Part shown: piece after piece, positions 48,571-62,210 of the stretch
Numbering within the stretch: position 1 is the stretch's first letter
Layout of the letters: each line of letters begins with the position of its first letter
Assembly (NCBI RefSeq): GCF_006345805.1
Contig: NC_043000.1
Coordinates: 82,336,001 to 82,400,000, forward strand
Reading direction: 5' to 3'
From: Octopus sinensis
Taxonomy: Eukaryota
Length of the DNA: 64,000 nt
Notes under the pieces: model-generated
Seen by the model: only the letters and a program-made list of their open reading frames with translations
The model's database searches: none
What the model was told of the DNA's origin: nothing
Position numbers and translations under genes: made by a program

Positions 48571-48594
48571 ATTATTATCATTATTATTATTATT

Positions 48595-49147
48595 GAGTGA
48601 GAGAGCAGTGCATGCCATCAAAGTGACGCTGGGGTAAAATATACGAAGCCCAATATACCCATCATGACTACCCGTCTGATAAGGGTACACCAGGCACATG
48701 CATCACAACTATATGTGCGCGACATGGTGATCTCATATCAAGATAAACAGCACATGACCTTGCAGGTGGGCCCAGTTAGAATTTTCTTCTGGTCGAGTAG
48801 CCCATCCCGCTCAAAAGGTCCTTGAATAAGGGTTGTTTAAGGATGTGGAACGAAACACCCATGTTTCCAGAGGTGAATTATTCAAACCCCAAAGAATCCC
48901 TCTCAACACATGGCTATGATGCTCCCCCACTACTTCTGCTCGTGATCAGAGATGCACATATCGTCAGCCACTAAGGGACATGCTCAACTGGTTAAGGTCA
49001 AACAACTGACAAGCAAATCTATAGTTTTGAGCAGAATATTTGCTGTAACCCATCTTTTATACCAAGATAAAACAATGTATATGATAACACTTCCAACCAG
49101 TTAAGATGAGAAGCCATGAGAGCCACTGCCTGGTACTGCATCAGGGC

Positions 49148-49150
<3 letters not shown>
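48595..49150 (-). mobile_element. Retroposon family C, longest copy (about 555 bp), flanked by (ATT)n on both sides
   Basis: Revcomp of 15912-16350 plus about 120 extra bp; ATT tracts at about 48567-48594 and 49150-49300. Confidence 0.88.
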
Positions 49151-49222
<72 letters not shown>

Positions 49223-49260
49223 CATCATCATTATCATTATTATTATTATTATTATTTTAA

Positions 49261-49298
<38 letters not shown>

Positions 49299-50327
49299 GA
49301 ATTCAAATCAAAGTGTTGCAGAAACTCAGGACTGATGAAAAGGAGGCGTTAACATAAGTTATTTTTTTCTTCGTCCACGAAGTTAGACACGTTCAAAACA
49401 ACGTTAATGTATTTCTTTTACATCTGTTTATTGGTGAGGAAGAAACCAGCATGATACATAAAGACTTCCTCAATACAGAAAATGATCACAAGATACAAAT
49501 ACAGCTACTAAAAGGACGTGTATTCTTATGTATGATTCACAATTTCTGGCTCCGAAACATCATTGTTAATACAATGTAGTATTAAGTATTTAAAGAGTAA
49601 TTTTCAATTTTCCCTCATCACCTCCTTCACACATTACACTTAAATGGCTCGGTCAATGGTCCGTGTCCAGGACAATACATTGCTAACTATTGTTTGTAAA
49701 ACAACGAAACAAAATATAATGAAAATTTATAATGATAGAAGATACGGCGTGAATGATGTAAATGACGTTTTACAACTATTTATTATGGTTGCATAAATAT
49801 AAATAAACATATGAAATAAAATAAGATAAAAATACAGTTAACAAATAGAACATATAATTATTGTTGTTGTTATTATTGCTTTTATTTATTTATTTTTATG
49901 GCATATGGAAGATCTCATTCATAATTGATTATATTTCGGTTTGTTTTATTGTAATTACGAAGCGGAAACAACCGGACATGATAAACCGTTACTGTGTTTG
50001 TGTGTGTGAAGGTATGACTGTGTGTATCTGTCAAGCTATATTAGAAAGTACGTTTCTGTATATGTTTGTAATATGTAGTTGTTAGTATGTATTCATATAT
50101 TTATGCGCGTATATATGAATATGTTTATGCTTATGTATGTGTTAGTGTGTATTAGCGTTATATGTCTGTCTGTGTATATGCGCGTGTGTTATGCGTATGT
50201 GTGTGAGAGTGTGCAAGTAGGTGTTTTTGTGTATGAGCGTGTGCTATGCGAGTGTTTCTAGTATAACGGAAGTTCTATGACAAGAGTTGATTCAGTACAA
50301 AACAACATTTAATTGTAGAACAGAGCT

Positions 50328-50872
50328 GGTCAGCTGTGGAGGCAGGACACTAAACATGTTAACATGTGCTGACCAATGTTGACAGTGATCGACTGTTGAG
50401 ACAGGATATTAAATAACTTAAATCTGTAATGGACGAAGTCGACAGTGGCCAAACATTGAGGCAGAATATTAAATAATAACATGCGTTGACCAAGATGGAC
50501 AGTGGCCAGATATTGAGGCAGAATATTAAATAATGTTAATATGTGATGACCAAGGTGGACAGTGGTCAAATATTGAGACAGAATATTAAATATTAATGTG
50601 TGTTGACCAAGACAGACAGTAGCCAAACATTGAGACAGGATATTAAATAACGTTAACGTGTGTTGACCAAGGTGGACAGTGGTCAGGCATTGAACCAGAA
50701 TATCAAATAACGTTGACGTGTGCTGACAAAGGTGAACAGTAGACAGATATTGAGTCAGAATACTGAATAATGTTAACATGTGTTGACCAAAGCGGACAGT
50801 GGTCAGATATTGAAGAAGGATATTAACTGATATTAATGTGCATTGACCAAGACGAACAGTGGTCACTTGTTA
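50328..50872. repeat. Minisatellite of about 9 units of 60 or 57 bp
   Basis: Consensus gacagtggtcagatattgagacagaatattaaataatgttaacatgtgttgaccaaggtg; minus-strand frame 50330-50866 is open. Confidence 0.95.
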
Positions 50873-51179
50873 AGTAACATCATTAAATCACGTTAGTGTG
50901 TGTGGATCAAAGCTGACTCAGGTGGGCAGTAGTCAATGCTTGATGGAGGAATGTGGATGTAAGGGCGGATGTGGGGGTGGAGTGGGGATGGACATGGGGC
51001 AAGTGGTGATGGTGATGGAGATGATAGCAATTTTAGTAGTGATGGTGGTGATGGTAGTGAAGGCGAAGGCGGAGAGTTGGTTGTGGAAGTGTCAATGGAA
51101 GTTTTGTGGTGAGGGTGTGTGAGTGTACGTGTGTGTGTGTGTGTGTGCGCGCGCGCTAGTATGTGAGAATATAATTTTG

Positions 51180-51570
51180 TGCTTATCGCCACTTGTAGTC
51201 ACGAATGTTGGTTCTCGACAGAAAGAGTACGATCGCGAATACAAAAGATTGAAATGGGGTCTCTGCGAAGGAGCTCGGCAGTAACATTACTCAACAGAGT
51301 GCCTAGCTCGAAGATCAGGCCGTTTCTCAACCTCGAGCTGTCACATCTCCTCATTGAGGGCTCACAGATCCGATGATTTGAACATATGTTTAGAATATCG
51401 CAGGAAAGAACCGCCAGACGAATTCTTCAAGCCTAGTCAAGCGGCAGGAGACCAAGGGGTAGTCCAAGAAGATGGCTGGATAATATTCATAGTCTCTGTT
51501 GGTCATACTTGGGAATCCGGCCAGAAAGTGTAATAACGGTTGCTCCTGTTAGGACTTAATGGAGACGGAC
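51180..51570 (+). pseudogene. Rex3/Expander-like (RTE clade) LINE 3' remnant
   Basis: SHECWFSTERVRSRIQKIEMGSLRR...RVPSSKIR..L.LE...IEGSQIR*FEHMFR...SGRRPRGSPRRW. Confidence 0.8.
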
Positions 51571-51602
51571 TTAACCCTGACAAACATTCCCGGAATAGTG
51601 GG

Positions 51603-51930
51603 TGGAGATGGATGGATGGATGGATGGATGGATGGATGGATGGATGGATGGATGGATGAGTAGATGGATGGATGGATGGATGGATGGATGGATGGATGGA
51701 TGGATAGAAGGATGGATTGGTTGATGGATTTTTGGATGGGTGGATTTTTGGATGGATGGATGGATGGATTGGTGGATGGATGGAAGGACTGGTGAATGCA
51801 TGGATGGATGGTTGGATGGATGGTGATTGATTGGATGGGTGGATGGAGGGATGGATGGATTGGTAGATGGATGGATTGATGGGTGGTAATTGGTTGGATG
51901 GGTGGATGGATTGGTTGATGGATGGATGGG
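51603..51930. repeat. (GGAT)n tetranucleotide array, degenerate
   Basis: Seen directly. Confidence 0.95.
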
Positions 51931-52163
51931 TCGGTCCTGAATGAAAGGGGAAGATGCGAGACGACCACCAAAAATGCTCATCCAAAAGTTTTCGTCCACC
52001 TCACGTAAGCCAATCAAGATACAGTGTTTTAAAACAGAAAAATGTCTATAATAAGCATCAAACTCTTACATCCCAAACTTCACTGTTCCAACAGATGTGT
52101 GGAAAGGATACATCTGGAGCACACGAATATTTAACACACACATGCTATAGTTTTCTACCCAAG

Positions 52164-52197
<34 letters not shown>

Positions 52198-52312
52198 TAT
52201 CATCATCATCATCATCATCAACAGTATCGTTGTTGGCGTTTTCATCATCATCACCATCATCATAATCAACAACAACAACGACGACAACAAACTTGTTACA
52301 TTCTTTTCTACT

Positions 52313-52513
52313 CTATGCACAACGCCCGAAATTTGGGGGGAGGGCGCCTGTCGATTAGATCGACCACAGTACGCAACTGGTGCTTAATTTATCGACCTTG
52401 AAAGGATGAAAGGCAAAGTCGACATCGGCGGAATGTGAACTCAGAATGTAAAGACAGACGAACTACCGCTAAGCATCTCACCCGGCATACTAACGTTTCT
52501 GCCAACTCACCTT
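52313..52513 (-). mobile_element. SINE family A copy
   Basis: aaaggatgaaaggcaaagtcgacatcggcggaatgtgaactcagaatgt...ctaacgtttctgcca. Confidence 0.88.
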
Positions 52514-52559
52514 TATCAATATCGTCATCTCCTGCAGTACTTCTACTACAGTCAATATT

Positions 52560-53340
52560 ATCATCATGATCATCGTGATCAACACCAACGCCACCCCAGT
52601 TACTCCCATCATCCTTATCAGCTGCAGCACCACCACCACCACCACCACCACAGCCAGCACTACCACCTCGCTACCACCAGCACTACCGCCAGCATCACCA
52701 GCAGCAACATCAGCAGCACCACAACAGCCAGCACTACACCCAGTATCACAAGCATCAGCACAACCACCACCACCATAACCACTACTACCACCAGCACTGC
52801 CGCCGGCATCACCACCAGCAGCAGCAGCAATACCACCACCACCAGTAACAGCATCGAAATCCGATCATGTACAAAGAATATCTTCACCACACAGCCACCA
52901 ACATCAATACTATTAATAACGCTTCCACCTCTACCATCGACACCACCACCGACACCGACACCACCACCGACACCGACACCACCGCTAGCACCACCAACAT
53001 TACCACACTCATCTCTACTCTAGACAACAATACTACCAGCACTAACCGTATCACCGCTTACACAAGCACCACAACAATACCATTACAACTACCATCACAT
53101 CCACCACCACGACCATTATCATCCCCCTGCTCACACACTCTCACATACCAGATACTGCCACCACTACTACTACTAGTCACACACATATGTACAACGCACA
53201 CCACTCCACCACCAGTATCATTACTATTACTACCACCACTACTTCTACCGCAACTACTACTACTACTATCATCATCACCAGCAGCACAATCATCGCCACC
53301 ACAACCACAACCATCGCTACCGCCACCATGAGTACCATCT
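52560..53340. repeat. Mosaic (CAC/ACC/CAG/ACT) low-complexity tract
   Basis: Seen directly. Confidence 0.88.
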
Positions 53341-53831
53341 GTATATGCCTCACTGAAATATCAATCTTCGTTTCAGTGATTTTACACATCATTGATTTTC
53401 TAATTAGTCGTGTCAACTGTTTTCTTCTGCATACATTCTACCACACGCACACACGTGTATGTGTGTGTGTGTGTGTATCTGTGTGTATGTGTGTGTGTAT
53501 GTGTGTGTGTGTATGTGTGTGTGTGTGCGTGTTTGTATGTGTGTGTGTATCTATAATTTAAACGTAAATATAAAATGAGCTTACAGGAATAACTCAGATT
53601 GTCCAATAACATGTATTCGAATGACATTGACAGATAGATATATCAAATACAATACAATAAATATTCTCAATTTTTCAAAATTATTTACCTCTCACAAGGG
53701 TGTATTATAATCGGCATATCAATTAAGACCAGTTCTACTTGAAAAAGGGAGATAATCTCAAGATTCAAGATTTCTCTGAAGTTGACATGCCTTTGAAGAA
53801 AAAGACTGGCTAACTGCCTGGAAGTAATGTA

Positions 53832-53902
<71 letters not shown>

Positions 53903-54274
53903 GGGTTGTGCAACTGAAACATGTGTTGGTCTTAAAAGACGGTATAGAATTATAGAATTAAAGGTAATGCTATTGCTACTTAGGAGTAATCCTTATTTTT
54001 AACATTGTCAATATTTATCCTCCGGGAAACCTATATGGTTATGGAAATATATTCAGAATTATACAATAGAATATTTATCTAATCTCTTATCTTATAAGAA
54101 CTTTATTGAATTTATATGTTAACTGTTGAATAACATATTTTGAATACCTAACAGCAAACTGGTAATCATTTTGGGGTGATCCCTTACTTTTTACTAATAT
54201 AATTATTATTGTTTATCAACGAGCTAACTAAACGTTTTATGATTATGAAGAAGCATTGAAGCAACCCTGAAAGA

Positions 54275-56182
54275 CATTCCGCTACCACTAACTAAAGAAT
54301 ATATTGAAGACCTCATATATAAGATAAATTATTTTATACTCCGTATGAGATGGAAAGCCTACTTTCATGATAATAAAGATCTTAAAAATACGGTAATTGA
54401 TGATTGTATACAGCAAAATCTTAAGACGATATCTACCACCTAACCAACATCTGGCCCCTTTCGAAGATGAACTCTGGAGAATTGTTAAAAATGAAAAATT
54501 TCATAAATTCCCTCTTAGGAAGAACAAATACTTTCAAGAACTGCATACTTTAACTATAGAACTTTTGAAAAAGATGGAATTCTGGTTCATGCCGATAAAA
54601 CGGGTAACTTTTACCATTTAAACTATTCAATGTACTACTTGCTTCTAAAGAAAGAGATAATTAAAACTATAAGATTACGGATTCCAAAAACATGAAACAA
54701 CTAAACCGTCAAGCAAAACAAACTACGTTAAGGTATAATTTGGAGGATAAAACAGAACCTTATGAACTTAAGGTACCAAGAATTATTTTTAGGAACCATA
54801 AACCTAACTTTGATTCTAATCCAACAGTTAGATTTATATGTCCTTCTAAATCTGATTTTGGTACAATTAGTAAATTCATATTAGATAAATATATATCGAA
54901 ATTTAGGGATATAATTATGCTAAATCTTTGGTCCAATTCAAATGAAGTGATTAACTGGTTTACACAAATACACAATAAGGATAAAACTAAATTCATGTGG
55001 ATAGATATTTCTAATTACTATGCTTCGATAAACCCAATGCTACTTGATAAGGCGCTGATGCTTGCAAAGAAAAGTTCAGAAATAACTAGAGATGAAATGG
55101 ATATTATTTTGGCAGCTAGGGAATCTATCATTAAATTGGAGAATAATTATTAAATTAGGAAGCATAGACCGAGTATGTTTGACATTACTATGGGTTCTAC
55201 GGATTCGGTACAAGTTACTGATTCATTAGGAATTTATATATTGCTTTCTCTAAATAGAGAATTCTTTGAAATAGCAAGAGGTTTATATAGGGATGATGTG
55301 CTTTTTACAATTGTAAACATATGTAGTAGAATGTTGGAAAAATATAAAAAGAAATTGTTTTTGTTCTTTAAAAAGATAGGTCTATCTATAGCGATAGAAG
55401 ATGAACATGACTCTGTTAACTTAGATGTTATGTTGGAGATTAAAAAAGGAATTTATAAACCCTTTCATAAACCTATTGAAAACAAAATATATAAATATTG
55501 GAAGTAATCATCCCAAATCAGTAACAAACTCACTTATAAAGACCATTTCGTCTAGAATAAGCAAATTGTCAGCCAATGAGAATATTTTCAAGGTCAATGA
55601 AGACTACTATAACTTGACACTTAGGAAAGACGGGGTATAATGATAAAATTAAGTTTACTAAGTCAAATATCGAATCAGATTTAAATAGTAATTTTGATAG
55701 TACTATAATCTAAAATCAAATATTCATGTTGATAAAACAACAAGAGTTGGTGATTTTAATAATGAGAATAGAAACGTGAACAATTATATTTATAACAAAA
55801 GGAAAAATCGCAAGTTTGTTGGTAACCGGGTTTAAAAAATTCGTACTGCTAATGGAAATGAGGATGTAATAAACTCTCTAATAAACTCTCAAATACTTTT
55901 AATATAAAATGGGTTTAAAGATTTTAAGATAAAATAAAAGTAAAATAAACGCTAACTATAGAATGGATCGAAATCAGAGAATACTTACTCCTTCGAAAAA
56001 CAGGTATAAACATCAAAATTATTATCTTAACGCGAAGAATACTTTATGGTTAATCGTTCCATTTGGTAAACAGGTCAATTACAATGTTCTCAAATTGTTT
56101 AGTATAGCAATTCAAAAATATTTTCCAAGAAACTAGAGATATTACAAAATTTTTAATCAGCGTAAGATTAGATTGAGTTTTT
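54275..56182 (+). pseudogene. Penelope-like element, Naiad/Chlamys-type reverse transcriptase, degraded and 3'-truncated
   Basis: ILRMRWKAYF; NHKPNFDSNPTVRFICPSKSDFGTISKFILD; NLWSNSNEVINWF; DISNYYASI; FDITMGS.D; GLYRDD; SNHPKS; LWLIVPFG...KYFPRN...KIFN. Confidence 0.88.
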
Positions 56183-56420
56183 AAAAAGTTATGGAAGTTT
56201 AAAGTTTGACCATTTTCACCCAGTCAAGAAACACGATTTCAAAGCTGTCATTTTGTGCCTGACTGCACATTTCAATATCCTAAAAATAGCACTTGTCTTT
56301 TGATATGAAACCACAGAATTACGCATGACATATAACTCCTCATAACTTTTTTATTTTTCGAAGTCTTTAGAATTTTTTGGCGATTTTGAATTCTATACGT
56401 GGGGCTTCATGCGATTATGC
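56182..56420 (+). mobile_element. Fragment of the element nested at about 38488-38941
   Basis: tttaaagtttga.catttt.accca...aagctgtcattttgtgc.tgactgcac matches about 38600-38660. Confidence 0.7.
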
Positions 56421-57125
56421 AAAAAAAAAAATTGTAGTGGAGCATGATTTAAGGCCTAGGCTTATTTGGTTGCTATTTTTAGCACGCATGACAACCATCT
56501 CAATGACTGCGACAAAGATATTCGGTCGATAAACAAGCCCGCTTTTTCAATACAATACTAGTCAAATCAATAAACGTGCATTCTTATTCTAGGCATGCCT
56601 AGATATCAGTAAATGCAGACTTAGTTTCTAAAAATTTATTGTCACCCACAAAATGTTCTTATCGCCCACCAAAATCTCAAATTGCTCATCAATTTCTAGA
56701 AATTCGTCCATTGCCCACCTGTAAGTTGAAATCGCCCACTTTGGGAAACTATGGTGTAGAGTAACTCTAGTAGACCTGGAATGTCATGGGGTTTCATAGT
56801 TATATCGCCATATTGGAATGAAACTGGACATTGAAAGGAGAGCAAGAATAATGATTAGTGAACCTCAGAGTAAAGCCAAAAATACTTTATCGTAGAGACA
56901 CCTGTGAGAAAGGTCAAAGTTGAGATCAAAGGACAAATTCTCAGCAAGAAACTAAGCAGTTGCTGCGTGATTAGTGTCATGGTTTGTGTGAGGCTGCATG
57001 GATGGCAGAGGGGAAAGAAAAGCGTGCAGCATTGAGCGTCGAAAGAACCTAGATATCCAGATATTACCTGATATACAGGAACACAACTCTGTTCGCGCGC
57101 GCGCGTGTGCATGCGTGCGCACGCT

Positions 57126-57231
<106 letters not shown>

Positions 57232-58157
57232 ACGCACACACATGAACTTAGAACAACTTTAGTTCATCTAAGAGAGATATTTCATCACTGAGATTGTACA
57301 ATTCAACAGACAGACGGTGCTATGACTTTATGCAGATGTGAATTAAACAACTGGTAAGAATTCCCCTAAATATACCTCGTAGCGAAAATATGCATATCTA
57401 CCACTATTTACCTCGCGGGACATGAAGATATTTTCTTTTCTATTGTCCTCGTCAACTGTTGTTGGATCCTATGTTTTAGGGCCTACCACATGAAATGTCG
57501 TTTCTCGATAATTTATGTTTATACACACTCGATTAAGAAGCTTGTAGCTTAATCCATTCGGTACTACTCGAATATTCTTTTGTATTCTTTTGATTTCACT
57601 TACCAGGTGGTGTTTGTCTTATAAGCATGGAATTGTGTGTCCCTTGATGATATAGGGACAGTTGAGCAAGCACAACTTCTTTATTTATGCGAATTGAAAT
57701 TAGGACATAATATGCAGCCAAAGCTGAAATGCAAAAGGAAAGAAGAAAATTTATTTGACATTTAACATGGTTTGCATCAATCAGCAATCTGTGCACCTGT
57801 GACGAAGTAGGAAATTGACTTCTCAACCACATGGTTCCGGGTTCAGTCTCCCTGTGTGGAACTTTGAATAATAAAGATAAGTTCAGTCATAGACAATAAA
57901 AAAATACTATGGCGAATCCAACTTTTCCCCGTACTGCCAAATGTTTTTTAGTGGACACGAATAACTGCTTATTTTCGATCTTTGTGAGTATTCCTTTGTT
58001 AGCCCTCACCTGCCAACCCTAATCTTGTATGAGTTCTTTTTATTGCTTTTACATCGCATCTACTAATAATGCGATAATGAGAGATGGATATTGTCAGACT
58101 CTAAGTAACGATCTCTAAGGAATAAGATGCAGCCGAATCTCCAAAACATTTTCGAAA

Positions 58158-58327
58158 GCGTAGGAGTGGCTGTGTGGTATGTAGCTTGCTTACCAACCAC
58201 ATGGTTCCGGGTTCAGTCCCACTGCCTGGCACCTTGGACAAGTGTCTTCTACTATAGCCTCGGGCCGACCAAAGCCTTGTGAGTGGATTTGGTAGACTGA
58301 AGCTGAAAGAATCCCGTCGTATATATG

Positions 58328-58398
<71 letters not shown>

Positions 58399-58399
58399 G

Positions 58400-58438
<39 letters not shown>

Positions 58439-58658
58439 TGCGTGTGTCTGTGTGTGTGTGGTTGTCCCCTCAACATCGCTTGACAACCGATGCTGGTGTG
58501 TTTGCGTCCCCGTAACTTAGCGGTTCGGCAAAAGAGACCGATAGAATAAGTACTAGGCTTACAAAGAATAAGTCCTGGGATCGATTTGCTTGACTAAAGG
58601 CGGTGCTCCAGCATGGTCACAGTCAAATGACTGAAACAAGTAAAAGAGCAAAAGAGTA
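58158..58658 (+). mobile_element. SINE family B, full-length young copy with long (TG)n
   Basis: Complete consensus. Confidence 0.95.
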
Positions 58659-58689
58659 AACCAACAACTGTAACCCCGCAAAAGTTTAC

Positions 58690-59090
58690 AGTAACTATAA
58701 TGGTATTCTTCAAACAGCACAATCCTCTGTACGTTCTTGTAGCAAGTGAAATTAATTACTGCAAACTCATCCTAGAAGACACCGACCATTCGCATGAAAA
58801 ACTGAGCTCAAAACAACCAAGACTGATTAACCGAAATGGATCAACTTCCTGGCACGATAACGCTCGACTACACTCACTCACGCACGCACACGCGCATACA
58901 CGCACGCATTCTCACGCGCACACACACACATGCAAACATACACACATTCACACTCAGGCATATACTAACTCTTCTTGGACCACTCTTCACTAACAGAGAT
59001 GGGTTATGGAAATTTACAATGCATAGCTTGTATGCACCTGGCATCTCCCCAGTGGATTAACCGTCTGTTCAAATACTTGAAATGGTTAAT
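58690..59090 (+). pseudogene. Mariner transposase catalytic-domain remnant split by a (CA)-rich tract
   Basis: EKLSSKQPRLINRNGSTSWHDNARLH, then after the repeat GLWKFTMHSLYAPGISPVD (compare LHDNARPH and HPPYSPDLAPSD). Confidence 0.75.
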
Positions 59091-59284
59091 GCAGAATAAA
59101 AGATTCAAGAACTGAAAAGCCGCAGTCGAAGCATTTGAGTACTTTATAATCTCAAAAGACAAAGAGTTTGTTTTTGTTTCTTTTGTTTTGTTTTGTTTTT
59201 TCTTCTTCTTTTTTTTCTTTTTTTTTTTGCAATAGGAATCCTGAAAATTTTAGTAAAAAACAAATGATTATAATGGAGCATATT

Positions 59285-59496
59285 AAGGTGGCGAGCTGGC
59301 AGAATCGTTAGCACGTTTGACAAAATGTTAAGCGATATTTCGTCTGTTTTTAAGTTCTGAGTTCAAATTCCACCAGAGTCGACTTTATCTTTCGGGGCCG
59401 ATAAAATAAGTACCAGTTGAGTACGGGAGTCGATGTAATTGAATTATCCATCCCCCCCCCGAAATTGCTGGCCTTGTGTCAAATTTTGAAACCAAT
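59285..59496 (+). mobile_element. SINE family A copy
   Basis: aaggtggcgagctggcagaatcgttagcacg...aaattgctggccttgtgtcaaattttgaaaccaat. Confidence 0.9.
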
Positions 59497-59810
59497 AAAA
59501 TGGAACATATTTTGATTATATTAATTAGTAAAATCTCGTCTTCGTTTCCTTTTTCTCTTAACAAAACGATACTTCATGCGAAGCATACACCTACTGATGC
59601 AGCAATCCCTCTCCCCTTCTCTCTCTCTCTCTCTCTCTCTCTCTGCAGGCGTCACGTACTGGATTTTTCACTGGATCAAAGGAGGAAAGGCCAAAAGTAT
59701 GTCTATGTCAGCTTGCAACTATATAGGCGCCTAAAACAATTAGCGAAAGCATGGTACACGCCACCCGGTTACATTTGCTAGCTTGAGGCTGCTAACTCTC
59801 CTATTTATAG

Positions 59811-60061
59811 TAGTGGTCTGATGTTCATCGGACACTTGGGGATCCCTGGAAGATTTTGTTGCTAAAATTTATGCTCATTAACTTTATATTATTTCTATAA
59901 TACACAAAATATTTTAACAATTTTTTAATGCAGCTTCTAATAATATTTAATTATAAAAATGTAATAGGATGTTTTAAAACACCAAATGGCTAAGAGTGTC
60001 CACCCGAGTAAAATAGGGTTCAAAGGGCTCCATAGGTAAAAAAAATTATTAAGAACCACTG
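59811..60061 (+). mobile_element. hAT MITE, homologue of 6854-7106
   Basis: atttcta.aatacacaaaat...gtccacccgagtaaaatagg..tcaaagg..tccat...gaaccactg. Confidence 0.75.
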
Positions 60062-60224
60062 AACCATCGCAAAGGTTACCTTAATCCGAAAATTTAACTG
60101 ATTAGTCATGCATTAAACGATTCCATACAAGAAGTATTAAGTATTTTTTTTATTTTTTAGTTTCTTGAGTTTTAGAGAAATATATTTATTTCAGTGAGGT
60201 ACCATCTACACCGCTCCTACAGCT

Positions 60225-60752
60225 ATCATCAAACCACTATCCATCACCATCACTAGAATCATCGATACCACCACAATCACCGCCGCCACCTCAACTACCA
60301 CCACCACTACAACCGCCACCGCCACCACAACAATCACCACCACCACAACCACCACCGCTACCATAACCATGACTACTACCACCAATGCCACCACATTTAT
60401 CACAACCACCATCAACAACAACAACTACCACCGACACTATCATGCCCACCACCACCAAAACCATCACCAGCAACAGCAACCACCTCTACCACCTCAACTA
60501 TCGTCGCCAACACCACAACCACCGACACCACTACAACCACCACCGCCACCATCACGACCACCAGCAACAACAACCAACTCTACCACCGCAATCACTGCAT
60601 CTACCACTACCAACACCACCGTCACCACCACAACCGCCATCAACAACAACCACCAATATCAACTACTGCCACCATGACTACCACTGCCACCACCACTACC
60701 ACCACCACCACTATCACAACCACCACCACTACCACCACCACCACCACTACTT
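60225..60752. repeat. Mosaic (CAC/AAC/CAT) low-complexity tract
   Basis: Seen directly. Confidence 0.9.
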
Positions 60753-61701
60753 AGTCAACAAAGGCCTTACAGTATTAGTTTAGAGCAGCATATCTGTACC
60801 ACCCGACTGGATAAAAAACCACACTGTTGCTCTTGTATAAAATAACACCCAAGCATCTCCTCTCTTTCTCTCTGTTCTCCACGGCTCCACGGCTCCACGC
60901 AAAATAACCAATTCCTGTCTCCCCTCTGTCTACCCCATAAACCCCGTATCTATCCTTCATACTTCATAAACTGCTCAAAGAGGTATAAACAGCAGCGAGA
61001 TCTCCATCAAATCGCACTTTACCGTTCGTGCCTAGTAAAAAGACAAATTAGATAATATAGTCTTAAATATTCCTAAAAGTCGGGATGGTCACAGCTGGAA
61101 TGCATGTATTTCATCATAATTGTACTCAATCCAGATAGATCTAAGATTAAACAACCACAACAATGCATAGTAATACAGCGTCAGACCTCTTATCCGGCTT
61201 CCAGAAATCCGAAATTTGCAGAAATCTGGGAATACTGTGCAATATCATGCAATATACTGCATCTTGTATTGAGTAAATAGAGCTTGGTTTTGAAGTTTGT
61301 TAATTTGAATACAGTGTGTTAAAAGCAGTTTCGTTCTTCACTTTATTCAAGTGGATTGATAAAGATTAAACATACACTGCTTTAGAAGTGTATTGATATT
61401 TACGAGCACCTCTTAAATAAAATCCTGTTCTTTACTTTGTTCAATTGTCTTCCTCTAAACATGTATGATATATTTTTAGTATTTTAAGTGGATTATTAGA
61501 TATCAAACACATCCTGTTTTAGATGTGTGTTAATTTGAATCTGTTGAATACAATTTAATTCTTTTCTTTCTTTTATTGTATATTTTAAGTATACGTTTAG
61601 ACTGTCTCCAGAAAACAGGAAATCCAGAGATCGAGGACACCGGATAATTGATCTAACTACCAACTAACAAGGCACAATATTGTACTATTTTAGTATTAGA
61701 T

Positions 61702-62210
61702 GGCGGAGGCGCGTAGTTTAGTGGATAAGGGTGTTGCACTCATGATCGTAAGATTGTAGCTTCGATTAAGGCGACGAGCTGGCAGAAATGTTAGCACGCC
61801 GGGCAAAGTTCTTAGCGGAATTTTGCCTGTTTTTATGTTCTGAGTTCAAATTCCGCCGAAGTTGATTTTGTCTTTCATCGTTTCAGGATCGATAAAATAA
61901 GTATCAGTAGAGCACTGGGATCGATAAAATAATCTCCAGCAGATCACTGGGATCGATGTAATCGACTTAAGCCTCCCTTGAAATTGCTAGCTTTGGGCTA
62001 AAATTTCAAACTAATATTGCAGTTTCGATTCCTGGACTAGGTGATGCGTGGTATTCATAGGCAAAACACTTCATTTCTCATTGTTCCAGCTTACTCAACC
62101 GGTAAAAGTGAGTACTAGTGCGACGAACCGGAGTCCTGTTCGTGGTAGTAGTGGAGAATACATATATATATGCTACAGAATCCGGGAAACCAGCCTTATG
62201 AACCTATGTC
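61702..62210 (+). mobile_element. SINE family G interrupted in its B box by a SINE family A copy (61768-62017)
   Basis: Head ggcgcgtagtttagtggataagggtgttg; 13-bp TSD tgtagcttcgatt (61755-61767) / tgcagtttcgatt (62018-62030). Confidence 0.82.

Noticed and set aside
50328-50872. CRISPR array
   Set aside because: Eukaryotic context; units are contiguous with no unique spacers
52867-53331. Thr-rich mucin-like ORF
   Set aside because: Lies wholly in a triplet mosaic tract; overlapping frames are similarly open and no splice evidence is visible
53900-54200. Possible GIY-YIG-derived pseudo-LTR upstream of the Naiad-like RT
   Set aside because: Only a weak ETCVGLKRRY resemblance; not supportable without an alignment
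56588-56603. 16-bp palindrome tctaggcatgcctaga containing a p53-type half-site
   Set aside because: Only one half-site; an isolated palindrome is weak evidence
61170-61650. Tigger-like MITE with ttatccgg/ccggataa ends (similar motif near 3750-3790)
   Set aside because: Terminal match too short and degenerate to set boundaries
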